A stretch of 64,000 nucleotides of DNA, from positions 68,634,001 through 68,698,000 of the forward strand of contig JANJGN010000014.1 of assembly GCA_026770705.1 (NCBI GenBank). Reading direction: 5' to 3'. Positions 24,101 to 39,100 of the stretch are shown here, one piece after another; positions within the stretch are counted from its first letter, which is position 1; each line of letters starts with the position of its first letter. Both the position numbers and the translations under genes were made by a program. The notes beneath the pieces are model-generated. The model was not told the origin of the DNA, searched no databases, and worked only from the letters and a program-made list of their open reading frames with translations. This DNA is from Isurus oxyrinchus (taxonomy: Eukaryota).

Positions 24101-27100
24101 AGATGTGAACAAATTTGGTGCCACCATTACATGGGAGCCACCAGAATATGATGGTGGAGCAGAAATCACAAACTACGTTGTTGAGTTACGTGACAGAACC
24201 TCTGTCAAATGGGAAACAGTTATGACTACCAAAGCAGATGAACTCACTGCTCAGCTGAATGATGTAGTAGAAAACAGAGAATATATATTCCGTGTCAGAG
24301 CAGAAAACAAAGCAGGAGTAGGAAAACCAAGTGCAGCTTCACATCCTGTGAAGATTATGGATCCAATATGTTAGTATCTGATCAGAAATATGCATATTTG
24401 TAGTAAATGTTCTTCACTTTTTTATTTTGTACATTCACTAATTGATTTCTCCTTTTTTTAGTCAAGCCAAGTCCACCCATTGAATTTGCCTATTCAAAGC
24501 AAACCAAAGAATCTCTGCAGCTGAAATGGGAACCTCCTTTAAAGGATGGAGGAAGTCCAATACAGGGCTACATTATTGAATTATGTGTAGAAGGCACAGA
24601 TAAGTGGACTCCCTGCAATATAAGACTTGTTCCTGAAACAACATTCAAGGTTATTATCTCTAATGTATTTATTTGTTAAACATATCAGTGCTGACTTAGT
24701 AAGAGCTGGAGGCAACTGCTCTCCCAGTGATAATTTTAGGAGTGCAATTCACCCACAATCCATCATCAAGTCACAGATAGATTGTCAGTTCTTAGTAAAA
24801 ACTGGTTCCTTGGCAGCTATTCTTCCTGGACTTCTGATGTGCTAAGTGACATTCATGAAGTAGAGTTTCAAGCAGGAGATATTAATCAACTTTTTATTTA
24901 ATTCACAATGTGAAGTACACCTATTTGTGAATGTAAAGCACATGGTAACAGTAACATTCTGTGCAGCATTGGACTCACAGATAGGTCACATGGATGGGGA
25001 GGAATCAGGGACATGCTTTGTCTTTACACGATTGTGCATAGAAACTTACCTGGAGAACATTTGCTTTGTTTTCAATTTTGCTGGGTCATATGGAGAGTTT
25101 AAAAAGAAATGGTTCTTGAGTTCTGAACAACACTGTTGATAATTATTTTTTGCCCAGCCTGGTTGCCATGAGGGCATTAAATCAACTACATAGTATAGGA
25201 TTGGAGTGACATGTAGGCCAGACCAAGTAGGGGTTGCAGATTTCCAGATATTGGAAGATGAGGTTAAGTTTCTGAAATCATTTTTTCAGGAATGAAGATT
25301 TGCAGGATTTTCTGTAGGATAGGACGTAGGTCAAAAAATTCTGAATGAGTTGAAGTTCTTAAGGAGACAGTGAAGAAAGCATTAGAGAAATTAAGCCTTG
25401 AGGTGTTGAAGGTATTCACAACAATTTCATTAGTGATAGGGGATTATAAGGTAAACAAGATGGAAATTGGGCTGTCGATTCCAACAGGGGGTGAGTGGAT
25501 GGTGACATGGGCAAAGAGTTGGATATTGATGACTTTTGAAGAGAGAATGGGACTATGGAGATGGTGAAGAAAGTTTAAAGGAATCAAGGATATGATGAGT
25601 TTCGATAGATATTTATTGTTTTGACTCTAAAATATTTGTAACCTCATACTTGCTGATGGTTGGGAAAAATGTACTGAGAATACTAGTAATTATTTTTTTG
25701 ATATTGCATCTGCTTTTATTTTTTATCATTACAGGTTACTGGTCTAAAACAAGGAGAGAAATATTATTATAGGGTATCTGCTGAAAATGCAGCAGGTGTT
25801 TCAGATCCAGCTGATGCTCTTGGCCCACTAACAGCTGATGATCCTCATGGTAATGGATGTCCTTTTCTAAATATGAATATATTAAAGGCTATGAAACTGA
25901 GTTTCTTTTTAAAATACAATAACTTATATAACTTATCAAAACTGATTGTATTTTCACTTTTAGTGGCTCCTTCCCTTGACTTGAGAGCATTCAAAGACGT
26001 CCTTGAGGTCATTGTTCCAGAACCACTTAAGATTCGCATCCCTATCACTGGCTACCCTGTACCCACAGCAAAATGGGCTGTTGACGAAAAACCTCTTGAA
26101 AGTAATGATCGTGTGAAGATGGAAACAACTGCTGTATATACACAACTGGTCATTTCTCCCAGTGAGCGCCCTGATAAGGGACTATATAAATTGACACTGG
26201 AAAATGATGTGTCATCTGTCACAGGAGAAATTGATGTGAATGTAATTGGTAAGTATCTGAATATTTTCTGAAAACGTTTTTATTTAATCGTTTCCAGATG
26301 ATGCTACAGTAGCTTGCATTTATGTATCATTTTTAACATTGAAAACATCCCAATACACTTAACAGAGACAGGAAGAAAATTAATATATAGGCATGTGCCG
26401 AGCCTTCAACATGAAAGTTAGGAAAAGTAACTAAAAATGTAATTAAAGGGATGAGTTTTGCGAAGGTTTTAAAGATTGAAAAAGAGTAGGGAGTAGAAAA
26501 GATTTAAGGAAGGCATTTCAGAGTATAGCCAAACTACCTGTAGGTGCTGAAAGCAATGGTGGTCTAAAGGGAGAGATACAAAATGTCAGAGAAGAGTGTA
26601 TAGAGGGTGAGGAAAACTGGTATAAAGAGATAATGGAAAGAATCTAGAAGTGACAACAGTATAGCTAAGGAATTTAACAGCAATAAGATAGGCATGGAAA
26701 TGGGCAATATTGAAGATGTAGAATCAAGTCGTCTTGTTGGCATCATAAGGATGGATGCCAGTTTGAAGCTCAGCTCCTGATCAAATGTGACACTGTGGCT
26801 TTGCACAGCCAAAGTGGCTTGAGAGAGGAAAGGAATCAGTAACAAGGAAGGTAGTTTATGACATGGGCATAAAACAACAAAATTATAAGATATTTAATTT
26901 TTTATTGTTTTAATTTCCCAGAACGCCCAAGTGCACCAAAAGACTTTAAAGTGTCAGAAATTGGTAGAAGTACAGTACGTTTGATGTGGGAGTTACCAGA
27001 TAATGATGGTGGAAGTCCATTGACTGGATATCTTATTGAAAAACGTGAAGTTAATCGCAAGTCTTGGGTCAAAGTAAGTTATGAACCATACTGATCTAAT

Positions 27101-30100
27101 TTTACATTCGATATAAACCACAGATATGAAACTAGTAGTTCAAAATTGTCATTTATGTTCATTAAAGTTACTAATTTAGACTGGAAATTTAGACTGTTGC
27201 CTCCCTGGACAAATGATTTTTGTAAGTTTAAAAAGTTCACAGCAATACTGAAGGAAACAAACAAGAATAGAGCAATTCAGATGTCAGATCCATTATTGCT
27301 ATGCCAGATATATGCAACTAAATATAGAGGTCAATCCTATGTCAGTAACTTACTGCATTGTAAGCATTCAGTGCAGATTTCAGTATTGTTATTCAAATTC
27401 ATATGCAGAATTTTCTGTTTTCTTTCTGAGTCCTTGTGTTACCTTTCCCCTGTCAAATCCTCTTCAAAGCTCGTTGGGAATATGTATTTCCCCAGCACTG
27501 CAAGGTCTATGCCCCTTTAAGTTTGTCTTGGAATTTCAGGGGTTCTTCATGCAGGCAGTCCTGAGCCTATACTTACTGTCATCGGAGGATCAAGTCAGCC
27601 ATGGAAATGATGCGGGTGTTACCAGCCCACTTACCTCATTTTCTTCTCCATCTGATGGAAAGGTGCCTGATAAAGCTGGCTTGGACTCCCCACTGAAATT
27701 AAAGGGATTCAGGCAGCAAAACATGTGAAACCAGGAAAAGTAAATGCTATTTGTCTTTTCCTGCTTCTCATTGGATTTTTGGCCTGGAACCCTTCTTATG
27801 GCTGTTCACCAATGGCTTCTCCAGGGACCAATGCTAGGTTTGCAACTATTTTGATATATTATTAAGCTACCTGGCAATCAATGGTTCTTCAACCTATTAT
27901 ACATAATCCAAGGAGGTAGAAAGTGGGATTTGGCTGTGTTTAAGGAAGAGTGGCAATATTTTTATGTGTTGAGCTTATTAACGTCACTGGATCATCATAT
28001 TCTGTGATTTCTAGGTTATTGAGCGAGTGCAAGATTTAGAATTTACTGTCCCTGACCTCTTCCACGGAAGAGACTACCTATTTAAAGTTTCAGCCTGTAA
28101 CAAATGTGGTCCAGGGGAACCTGCATATGTTGATGAACCTGTTAATGTATCTGCACCAGCAAGTAAGTATTTAATTTTGTTAATCGCTTACATTGAATCT
28201 TAGGATACTTCCTTTGTAAATAAAGCCAAATAGATCTGTTTGGTTTATTTTTAAATGTATGCAGCTCAGTTCTTCTAAATATTTCGTAGCGTTCCACTAC
28301 TTACATACTAAAATATATTGTATTGATAAATTAATAGGGAAACAAATAGTTTTTCAAGCCAAGATCTTTCCAGGAGTGATTTAGCAAAGAGTTTCATAGA
28401 TTGGCTCTAAGAACTAATATGTAATTTAAGCTGAGCATGTTTCCTTATCCACTCTCTTAATGTATTCCCACTGGGATCATCTGTGGATTTTCTCTGGTGG
28501 GCATCAGTTACAGTCCCTTTCCAGGACCACAGTAGGGAAAGTACCAGGGAGAAAACAGAGTTCCTCAGTGGAGGGAATTGAACTTCTTCGGAGTTCTTCT
28601 CTTCTTCCATTATGGACCCCCTTCCCTTCTTGTTTAGGTCTCAGTCACTGTTGAGGTCTACCACGAAGCCAGTCTTCTAATCCTCGAGGTACTTCTGTAC
28701 TTTTTACAGTCTCGTGCTATGCAAGTAATCCTGCCATGAACTGCCATAGTCTGACTTGTGAAATTAGTTTTGGGTTTTGGTGGTGATGATGGATAGAACA
28801 GAAGTCATGCCCCATTAGAACACTGACACTGGAAGAACAACTCCACCCTTTGGCTGATATTTTCCAGCCCCACCCGCCGCTGGGATCTTCTGGGCCAGCG
28901 AAAAGCCAATGAACCTTTGGCTGGCCTACCCCATCCCGCGTGACAGGTCCCGCCTTTATCTCCCGATTGTGACTCGCATCCTTTAATCCTTCCAATCCCT
29001 ATATATTTCACGAAATCAGAGGATTGAATGTCATCTGCATTTAACCATTTGGGCTGCATTAGCATCAGATTTAACTGATTTGGACCCAAAGAAGGAAATT
29101 TGTCTTAAGTATGTTTAATTAATTTTTTGAAATTTTTGTACTAAAGACTTTAATTTGTAATTCTGTATTTCACAGCTGTTCCAGATCCACCAGAAAATGT
29201 CAGATGGTGGAATCCATCTGCCAAAGGAATCTTCCTTACATGGGAGCCACCAAAATATGATGGAGGCTCAAAAATTAAAGGATATATAGTAGAAAAGTGT
29301 CAGCGTGGTGCTGAAAAGTGGGAGGCATGTGGAGACTCAGTTAATGAATTGAAGTAAGTTTATATACCTAATTTTCTAATGTTTTCTGTGTTTTAAATCG
29401 TACACAGTAATTGCTAAAACTTGTTATTTATGTCAAATAGGATGGAAGTAACCAATCTCAATGAAGGGGAATGGTATTCATACCGTGTTAAAGCTTTGAA
29501 CAGACAAGGTGCCAGCAGACCAAGTAGACCCACAGATGATGTACAAGCAATTGATCCAAAAGGTATTGATCTAAATATAATTTTCCAAAGATGTATTACT
29601 TTACCAAGCTTAAGCTTTATTAATATATTTCAATCCTATTTAAAAATGTAGACAGGTTTATTTCATAAATTTGCGCATTGTGTTAAACATTGTCACTGTT
29701 GCAAGTTCAATTGAACTCTGTAAAAATAGAATATATTATTAGTTATTCAGAACATACAATACAGCTGAGATATATTGATAAACTTAGTGAGTTAATGCAA
29801 CTAGCACAGGGTCTTAGTGGCAATTCTAATTTCCCCATTAATTCTTTTTAATAATTGGGAACTTGAAAGAGGTACAAATCAGGTATGCAGTTTTCAGTAT
29901 AAAATAAAAATACTGCAGATGCTGGAAATCTGAATCAAAAACAGAAAATGAGAAACAGAGAATCTGAAGGAGGGTCATACGGATTTGAAACATTGACTTT
30001 ACTTTTCTCTCTCCACAGATGCTGTCAAACCTGCTGAGTTTTTCCAACATTTTCTGTTTTTGATGCAGTTTTCAATGCCAGATAGTCTGTCAAATGTGGC

Positions 30101-33100
30101 TTCACATTGGGAGTAGAGCTTTACTAAATTTAACCTATATTTTCCCTTTAAAATACATGATTGTTGGACTAAATTAATAACATGTATTTTTTTTTCCAAC
30201 AGAGACTCCAGAGATTAATCTTGATGTTAAACTGCTTGCTGGCATTACTGTGAAGGCTGGGACAAAGATTGAGCTCCCAGCTTTTATCTCTGGCAAACCT
30301 ACTCCAAGAATTACATGGACAAAAGCTGAATACCTTTTGAGGCCTGACGACAGAGTAACTATTGACACAAAAGCTGATAGTTCCACTGTGACAATCTTAA
30401 ATACCACAAGGAATGACAGTGGTCCCTACATCATTGAAGCAGTAAACAGTAGTGGCCGTGCTACTGCTGTCGTTGAAGTCAATATTCTAGGTAGTTTAAG
30501 TGTTAAGATGCTCTTTATAAATTTTTATAAATCTTGAAATAAGTAAATTCTCTCAAACATGTACTGACTATTTCTTTTGTTTACAGACAAACCTGGGCCA
30601 CCAGCTGCATTTGATATCACTGATATTACAAATGAAACCTGCAACTTGACTTGGAATCCACCTAAAGATGATGGTGGTTCACGCGTTACAAATTATATTG
30701 TGGAATGTAAGGCAGGAACTAGTGAAATATGGAACAAACTCTCATCTACTATCAAAGAAACCAAATTCAAGGCAACACATCTCACACCATTAAAAGAATA
30801 TGTATTTAGAATTAGTGCTGAAAACATGTATGGCATTGGGGAACCATCTCAGCATGCTCCAATTATAGCTAAATATGCTTTTGGTAAGGAAAATCTGATT
30901 TTGTACATTATAATTGTAACATTTGTTACATAATTTGTACATAATATACCATTTTGATTTTCAAAAACCCATGAAAATATGATTGTATGTTAGATCCACC
31001 TGGTCCTCCAACACGTCTACAAGGTTCAGATATTGCTAAGGATTCGCTGACATTGACATGGTATGAACCAAATGAAGATGGTGGCAGCCCAATCACTGGA
31101 TATTTTGTTGAAAGATATGATCCAGACACTGACAAATGGATTAGGTGCAACAAGATACCTACCAAAGACACAAACTTCAGGTATTTATGACAGTGATGAT
31201 TTATACATGAGCAATGTATTGAAAAGCTGAACAATAAGTTATGATAACTGTGATATCCATAATAATGATTTGATTAGAACTAGTTAACTTCCCATGGCAT
31301 TTCTCTTGGTAAAACTTAAAAAAACTCTTTCTGTAATGGGCTTTTGTTTGTTTCAAATGTTAAAGTTCTGTCTTTCTCCATTTCGATACACACTTATTGG
31401 TTTGTGTATGGTCCCTAATATAAAGTGGGGGGGGAGGGGGTCGCAAGGTATATGTGGGAGAAATCTTACTGACAGGAGCACATTACCATGAATTTTCCCA
31501 GTCACTTGACCAAATCCACCACCTGGCCACTGGGCAGAAACTGGAATTCAGTGCTTGGCCTCCTGTTCCTCATGGCCCACATAAAAACACGAAATTGAAC
31601 TTAATTACTTACCTGTCCAGCCCTCTTCTAACTGACCTATCTTCCAGGAGTTCTGGCTTGATGGAGAAGCCATCACTGTTTCCTTGTTCAGGCCTCCAAC
31701 TAATAGTGCACCCAGACTGCTTATTTAAAGAAAGATACTGTTTCCTTCCTGCCAGTGTGCTGACCCTTGCTGAAAATAGGTTAACATCAAGAAATGCAGA
31801 AAACAGCAGGATTAGAATTTTTAGGTGACTGCCCTCATTTTAACTGCCAGCTCCCTGCCAGGAGTTAACATTGGAATCAAGACCTCTGTTTTACCCTGAC
31901 ACAAATTCTCCCTTTTTCTAGAATTCCTGTTTCTTCCTTCCTCTGTATATTTCCTACTTCCTTGTACATCACACAAACAGGGCAGAATCTTCTTGAGATG
32001 TGGGGGTCTCGACTGCCACTGGAGAGCTGGCAAGAAACTTGCGCTGCCCCTTTTCAGGAAGGCCTGCTAAACCACATGCCAGTCAGGCAGTGGCGAGGAC
32101 AGTGGTGGGCCTTTCACTGGAATCAAGACCCCAGGGGCGGATGTGTTGTGTACCAAGAGCTGCCAGTCAATCAGAGCTCTTGTGCTCAGCAGCGCCACTG
32201 GGGATTCAGTGGCTGTTGCTGGAAGAACAGGCACCGGAGTCCAAGGATTGCAGAGTGGCCCAGGCTATAGGTAAATAATGTGTTGGGGAGGGGTTGGTTT
32301 CGCAGAGTGGGGTCACAGTGAGAGAGGTGCAGTGGTGTGGCTCTCAGCAGGCCCCCCTCTTCCTGATGTCCAGGCCCTCAATCAGGCTCTGAGTGCATTT
32401 GATCGAGGGACTGGCTACAGTCTTTAAATGTTTCTCTTTCTCTTTTTAAGAATTTAATAAAATCTGGAAAGAGAAAAATTATTTGGGGCATCCTGTCTGC
32501 TCTATCCAGAGTGAATGTGTGATTATAGCATCATGGACTACTCTCCCACACAAATTGTTTGATCACCCGCTTTAAGAACTGCTTCAACACGTGGACAGCA
32601 GCCTAGTAGAGTAAATTATTCATTCATTATAGAACCTGCCTGATTTTAGGTTAGTTGATCTTAATGAAATGAGAATTGGGCCACCAGTTCTAGAAAGGAA
32701 AGGCAGATCACTCCACCAGGTTACCTCCCATGTGATAAAGATGAAAATTAGCACTACTGAGTTCCTTGCTCTACCTCTCTGAAAAGAAGAAACAAGCTTC
32801 CATTTATATAGCATCTATAACTTAATAAAGGAACAATATTGATGTTACTATTGCCCTCCTTCACAGACCGGGCCAGAAAACAGAGGCAGGATGGCTAAGG
32901 AGAAAAGGAGACTGAGCTGCAGAGAGTGGTTGGGAAAATGGGTCATGCACGCATCCTTCCCTTTGTCCCTGCTGATCTTCACTGTCTCCCTGTCTGACAT
33001 TCATCTCAACATATCCTTGTTTTCACATCACTCCATTGCCTCATCCCTTCCTATACCTGCAGCGTCCTCCACCCCTACAAACCTTCACAATTCTGCACTT

Positions 33101-36100
33101 CTCTAATTTTGGCCTCTTGTACATCTTTGATTAAATTGCTCCACATTTGGTTGTACTTCAGCTACCTTGGCCCTAAACTCTGGAATTCCCTCCTAAACCA
33201 CTTCCCCTCTCTCATCTCCTCTCCTCAATCAATGTCACTAAAGTTGATTATTTGGTTGTTATCATATTTCTGATCGTGGGATCTTGCTATGTGCAAATTA
33301 GCTGCTGCCTTTCCTACATTGCAACAGTGACTACATTTCAAAAGTATTTCATTGGCTGTAAAGCGCTTTGGGACATCGGGTGGTCACAAAAGGCACAAAT
33401 AAAAAAAATATATTTTACCTTTTAAACTTCTCCTTAAAACCTATGTTTTTGATCAAGTTCTTGTTTATCTGTCCTGATTTCTCCTTCTATGCCTTGGTAT
33501 CAAAAATATGAAAAATACTTTTATTGATAGTTTTCCTGTTGAGCGTCTTGGGATATTTTACTATGTCAAATGCATTATGTAAATCTAAGTTGTTTTTAGG
33601 TGATTTTCTCAATTTGCTGAACTTGCGAACTGTGACTTATGATTGATTAGTTTTATTAATGCAGAAAAGGGAGAAAAATTTAGGTAGAATGAGACTGATC
33701 AGAATTTATTTGCTAGTGGTAGAATGTGATTGCTGATAGCTACCAACGGTTAACCAATTAGCAAGAACAAAGACAATCTTGTCATTACAGACACCAGAAA
33801 ATTAGTTAGATGCAGTATGTACAAACTAATATGTGCACATACATGTTTTTCAACCAACAGAGTAAAAGGACTTACTCCGAAGAAGAAGTACAAGTTCCGT
33901 GTTCTGGCAGAGAACCTGGCTGGTACTGGCAAACCTAGCAATGAAACAGACCCAATCCTGGTGAAGGATCCTATCGGTATGTGTGCGATTGACCTATCAA
34001 ATGAAATTTCATAATACTTTGTATGTTAGGGTAAATTTTGCCAGACCGTCTACCAGCAGCATGCTACCAGCAAATATCAGAAAATCATGCCTGTAATTTT
34101 CCAATGTGCACTGGGTGTGTGCAAGGCCTGATAGAATTGACCAAATTATGTTTACTAATAATTGATCAATATTTTTCATGTAAATTCATTTATAGATCCA
34201 CCATGGCCTCCTGGAAAGCCTAATGTTAAAGATGTCATGAAGACTTCAGCATTCTTAAATTGGAATAAACCAGAACATGACGGAGGGGCAAAGATTGAGT
34301 CTTACGTTGTTGAGTTGCTGAAGAGTGGAACAGAGGAATGGGTTAGAGTAGCTGAAGGTGTTCCTATTACTGAATATTTCCTGAAAGGGCTTATGGAGAA
34401 ACAAGAATACTCATTCCGTGTTAGAGCTGTTAACAAAGTTGGTGAAAGCGAACCCAGTGAACCCAGTGATCCTGTGCTGTGCAAGGATAGATTGAGTAAG
34501 TTACACTCAATTTATTATATACTATGTTTATCATATAACAACCTTCAATAACCATGATTAATGCAATAAGTCATAATCTTTTAAATATGAGAATTGTTTT
34601 CTTCCCCATAGATCCTCCTTCACCTCCACGTTGGCTTCAAGTTGTTAATATCACAAAAAATTCTGCTGATCTTAAATGGACACCTCCAGAAAAGGATGGG
34701 GGCTCTCCAATAACAAACTATATTGTGGAAAAAAGAGATGTAAGACGAAAGAGTTGGCAGACTGTTGACACAACAGTAAAAGACACAAAGTACACAGTTA
34801 CACCCCTTTCAGAAGGTTCTCTGTATGTATTCAGGGTTGCTGCAGAAAATGCAATTGGACAGAGTGAATACTGTGAACTGGAAGACTCAGTACTTGCTAA
34901 AGATACCTTCAGTAAGTTCTTTTATGGATATTATTATGTCTTTTTTCCTGTGTATAATTATTTCCTTTGAATTCCTTTTATCTTACATATATATTTTGAT
35001 TTCTCTCAAGCAACACCTGGACCACCTTATGCTCTAACAGTCGTTGATGTAACCAAGAGACATGTTGAACTGAAATGGGAAGCTCCCAAAAATGATGGTG
35101 GAAGACCAATACAGAGGTCATTGTTGTTTTTTTTATTCAGTGTACTTTCTTATCATCACAATTTCTTTCTTATAATGTACACTAATGAATGCTATTGAAT
35201 GTTCATATAGATATGTAATTGAAAAGAAAGAGAAATTAGGAACTCGCTGGGTTAAAGCTGGGAAGACTCCAGGACCAGATTGCAGTTATAGAGTCACTGA
35301 TGTAATTGAGGGCACTGAAGTACAGTTCCAAGTCCGTGCTGAAAATGAAGCTGGCTGTGGGCATCCAAGTGAACCCACTGATATGCTTACAATTGAAGAC
35401 CCAACTAGTGAGTAAAAACTGAAACTAAGAATATTATAAATTGAAATTACATTTTGAAAACAATTAGCAGATAACATTTAATATAATTTTGTTTGTGTCT
35501 AGGTCCTCCATCTCCTCCTCTTGAACTACACGTGACAGATGCAAGCAGAGATCACATATCTATTGAATGGAAGCCACCAGAAAAAAATGGTGGTAGCCCT
35601 ATTATTGGCTATCATGTTGAAATTTGCGAACCAGGAACAGAGAAGTGGATGAGAATTAATTCTCGCCCAGTAAAGGAACTGAAGTATAAAGCAGTAGAAG
35701 GCATTATCCCTGATAAGGAATATGTCTTGAGAGTTAGAGCTGTTAATGCCATTGGAGCAAGTGATCCATCAGAAATTTCAGAAAATGTCGTAGCAAAGGA
35801 TTCGGACTGTAAGAACAGCTTTCTTTTGAAATGTTCCCTTTCTCAATCTTAAATTGTTATTCTTCTATAAATAGAATTACATTTTACATTATACTTAAAA
35901 AAAAACTTATTTTAATAGGTAATCCAAGTATCGAAGTACAGACTCAAGATATCATTGTTGTGGAAGGTGAGAAATTGAACATCCATGTACCTTTTAGAGC
36001 TGTACCAACACCAACAGTTTCATGGTATAAGAATGGAAAGGAATTCAAAGCAGACGAAAGAACGACTACAAAGAGTGACTATGCCCATACATCCCTTGAG

Positions 36101-39100
36101 ATTACAAAGAGTGTTCATGCTGATGCTGGTGTCTATACCATTACTTTGGAGAACAAACTGGGTTCAACAACAGGCACCATTCATGTTAAAGTCATAGGTA
36201 ATAATCTGAAATGTAATGGAGGGAAACTTCCTTATTTATTTCCTGTTCTGAAAAGTTTATTTTCAGATTAAAATAATATATTTTGTTTTGTTTTAATTCA
36301 GGAGTGCCTGGTCAGTGTAAAGATATAAAAGCAAGTGACGTCACCAAGAGTTCTTGCAAAATAACCTGGGATCCTCCAGACAATGATGGTGGCAGTCCCA
36401 TTTTGCATTATGTTCTTCAACGTAGAGAGGTTGGTAGAAGAACATATACCCCAGTAATGTCTGGTGAGAATAAACTAAGCTGGCCAGTAAAGGATCTTAT
36501 TCCAAATTGTGAATACCATTTCCGTGTAAAGGCTGTTAACAAAATTGGTGGTGGTGAATACACTGAGCTTCGCAACCCAGTTATCGCAGAGGATCAAAAG
36601 CGTAAGTATTTTGGGAGAAAAATCATCACTAAACAACATGTATCTATTTGGTCTGTAATCATTGTAATATTTTGAATATTATTAATTTATGCATTTAATT
36701 TTCCTCAGAACGCCCTGATCCACCTGTTGATCTTGAGGTCCAGGATCCAACGTCAAAATCAGCAACACTAACATGGAAACCACCTCTTTATGATGGTGGC
36801 TGTAAGATCATGGGCTATATCATAGAAAAGATAGCTAAAGGCGGTGACAAATGGGAGAGATGCAACGAGTACTTGGTCCCTGTTCTGACTTATACTGTAA
36901 AAAATCTTGAGAAAGGAAATGAATACCAGTTCCGTGCACGTGCTGAGAATATTGCTGGAGTTAGTGATCCTTCAAGAATAACTCTAGGAGTCAAAGCTGT
37001 AGACCCAGTTGGTGAGTGTTCTTTTTCATGTGAGGCTAAGAAAAATCATTAAATGGGTCGAAATTTGATTCCTTAGTTTTTAAAAATGATCAGCTAAGGA
37101 AACAATTTGCAACAATTTCAAGGTTGTACAATTCAGTAATGATAGATCAATAATATTTACAATTATTCTGCTTTTTTGTACAGATCCACCAAAGGTCTTC
37201 CTCGTTGGAAACCTTCAGTTTGGATTAAATGTCAGAAGGGGTGATGAGATTGATCTTCTAGCCCGTATTTCTGGTTCTCCATATCCAACTGTGACATGGC
37301 ATCGAAACGATGAAATAATCAGACCTGAAGATATCAAAAAGAGAGTAGAAAAAAGAATACCAGCTAGGAAGAAGGAAGTTGTAGAGGAGGAGCCTTTTTC
37401 TCTCAGTTTACCAGAACGTTTAACTGTTGATAACAGCAGAACAGGAGAGTCTGAAATGATGGTTCGGGATTCCATCAGAAAAGACTATGGAAAATTTACT
37501 GTCAAAGCAGAAAATGATCATGGTGTCGCCCATGCTAATTGTGATGTTAATGTGCTAGGTACAATGTTACATAAGTTCTTTCATAGATGTTACAAAGAGG
37601 TTGCTAAGATGCAAACATTTACTGTTGTTACTGTTAACATAATTTATGAGTTTTGTTTTTGACATTCTAGACACACCTGGCCCACCAGTCAACTTCATAT
37701 TTGAGGAAGTCAGAAAAGATTCAGTCATCTGTAAATGGGATCCTCCTTTGGACAATGGTGGTAGTGAGATTCTCAATTATATCTTGGAAAAGAAAGATAA
37801 TTCCAAAGCTGAAATCAGCTGGATTACTGTAACAACAACTCTTAGACATTGCATATATCATGTGACACAACTTATTGAAGGAAAAGAGTACATTTTCCGT
37901 GTTGCAGCTGAAAATAAATTTGGCCCTGGTCCATTTTGTGTCTCAAAGCCACTTACAGCCAAAAATCCATTTGGTAAGCTTTTACTTCTCTTTGCCAAAG
38001 TCATCATCATATAAGATGCAATGCTTAAATATTATGTTAAAATGTTATTTGTCACAAGCATTGTTTAAAGAATTTCCTTATTGATATAATGTAGTTTCCA
38101 ACATTTTTGCCAATGATATTTAATATCAGGTTGTTGATACCTGTATTGCAATTTACATATCCTTGTTATTTCTAATTTAGATCCTCCTGAGGCACCTGAT
38201 AAACCTGAAGTGGTGGATGTTACTAGAAATAGTATAGTTGTTACATGGAATGAACCAAAAGATAATGGTAGCCCTATTTTAGGCTACTGGATTGAAAAAA
38301 GAGAAATTAACAGCACACATTGGACTCGCGTTAATAAAAACTTGTTAAATGCTCTAGAAGTACAGGCTGAAGGCCTCATGGAAGGATTAACTTATATATT
38401 CAGAGTCTGTGCAGAAAACGCAGCTGGTCCTGGAAAATTCAGTTTACCTTCAGATCCCAAGACAGCACAGGACCCAATTTGTAAGTACTGGCTTAACAGT
38501 AGCTGATAAATTGTAAAGCACATTTTAATACACCTCTTATTCATTTCACAATTAATTTTGTTTTTCCTTTCCTTTTTAAGCGCCACCTGGACCACCAATA
38601 CCAAGAATCCTAGATACAAGTGCAACATCATTAGATGTAATCTGGGATCCTCCTATCTATGATGGTGGTGGTGACATCACTGGTTATCATGTTGACAAGC
38701 AACTTGTTGGATCAAAAGAATGGTCACGCTGCACAGAAAGACTAGTTAAAGATCGCAAATTCACAGTCTTTGGGGTTAGAGAAGATGCAGATTATATAAT
38801 TCGTGTGACAGCAGTCAATAATGCTGGAGAAGGAGCTCCTGGTCAGACTGAAGCTGTAACTGTAATGGATCCAAGAGGTATTAAAAATTAAGCAATTATT
38901 TAGTTTATATTCTTCAATTTACTTTTTAATTTCAGTTTTTATATAAAGCACATCTTGTTTTATAGAGCCTCCAGTAGTAGAGTTTGATGATAGTGTAAAA
39001 GCAGGCGTTCTAAAACAAGCTGGAGAAATACTCAGGCTTCCTGCCACTGTAACAGGCCGACCAACGCCAGAAATTAAATGGAGCAAGGAAGATGGAAAAC

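Noticed and set aside
37184-37558. Charged insertion in an A-band Ig domain
   Set aside because: A similar insertion is recalled in human titin, so it is not lineage-specific.
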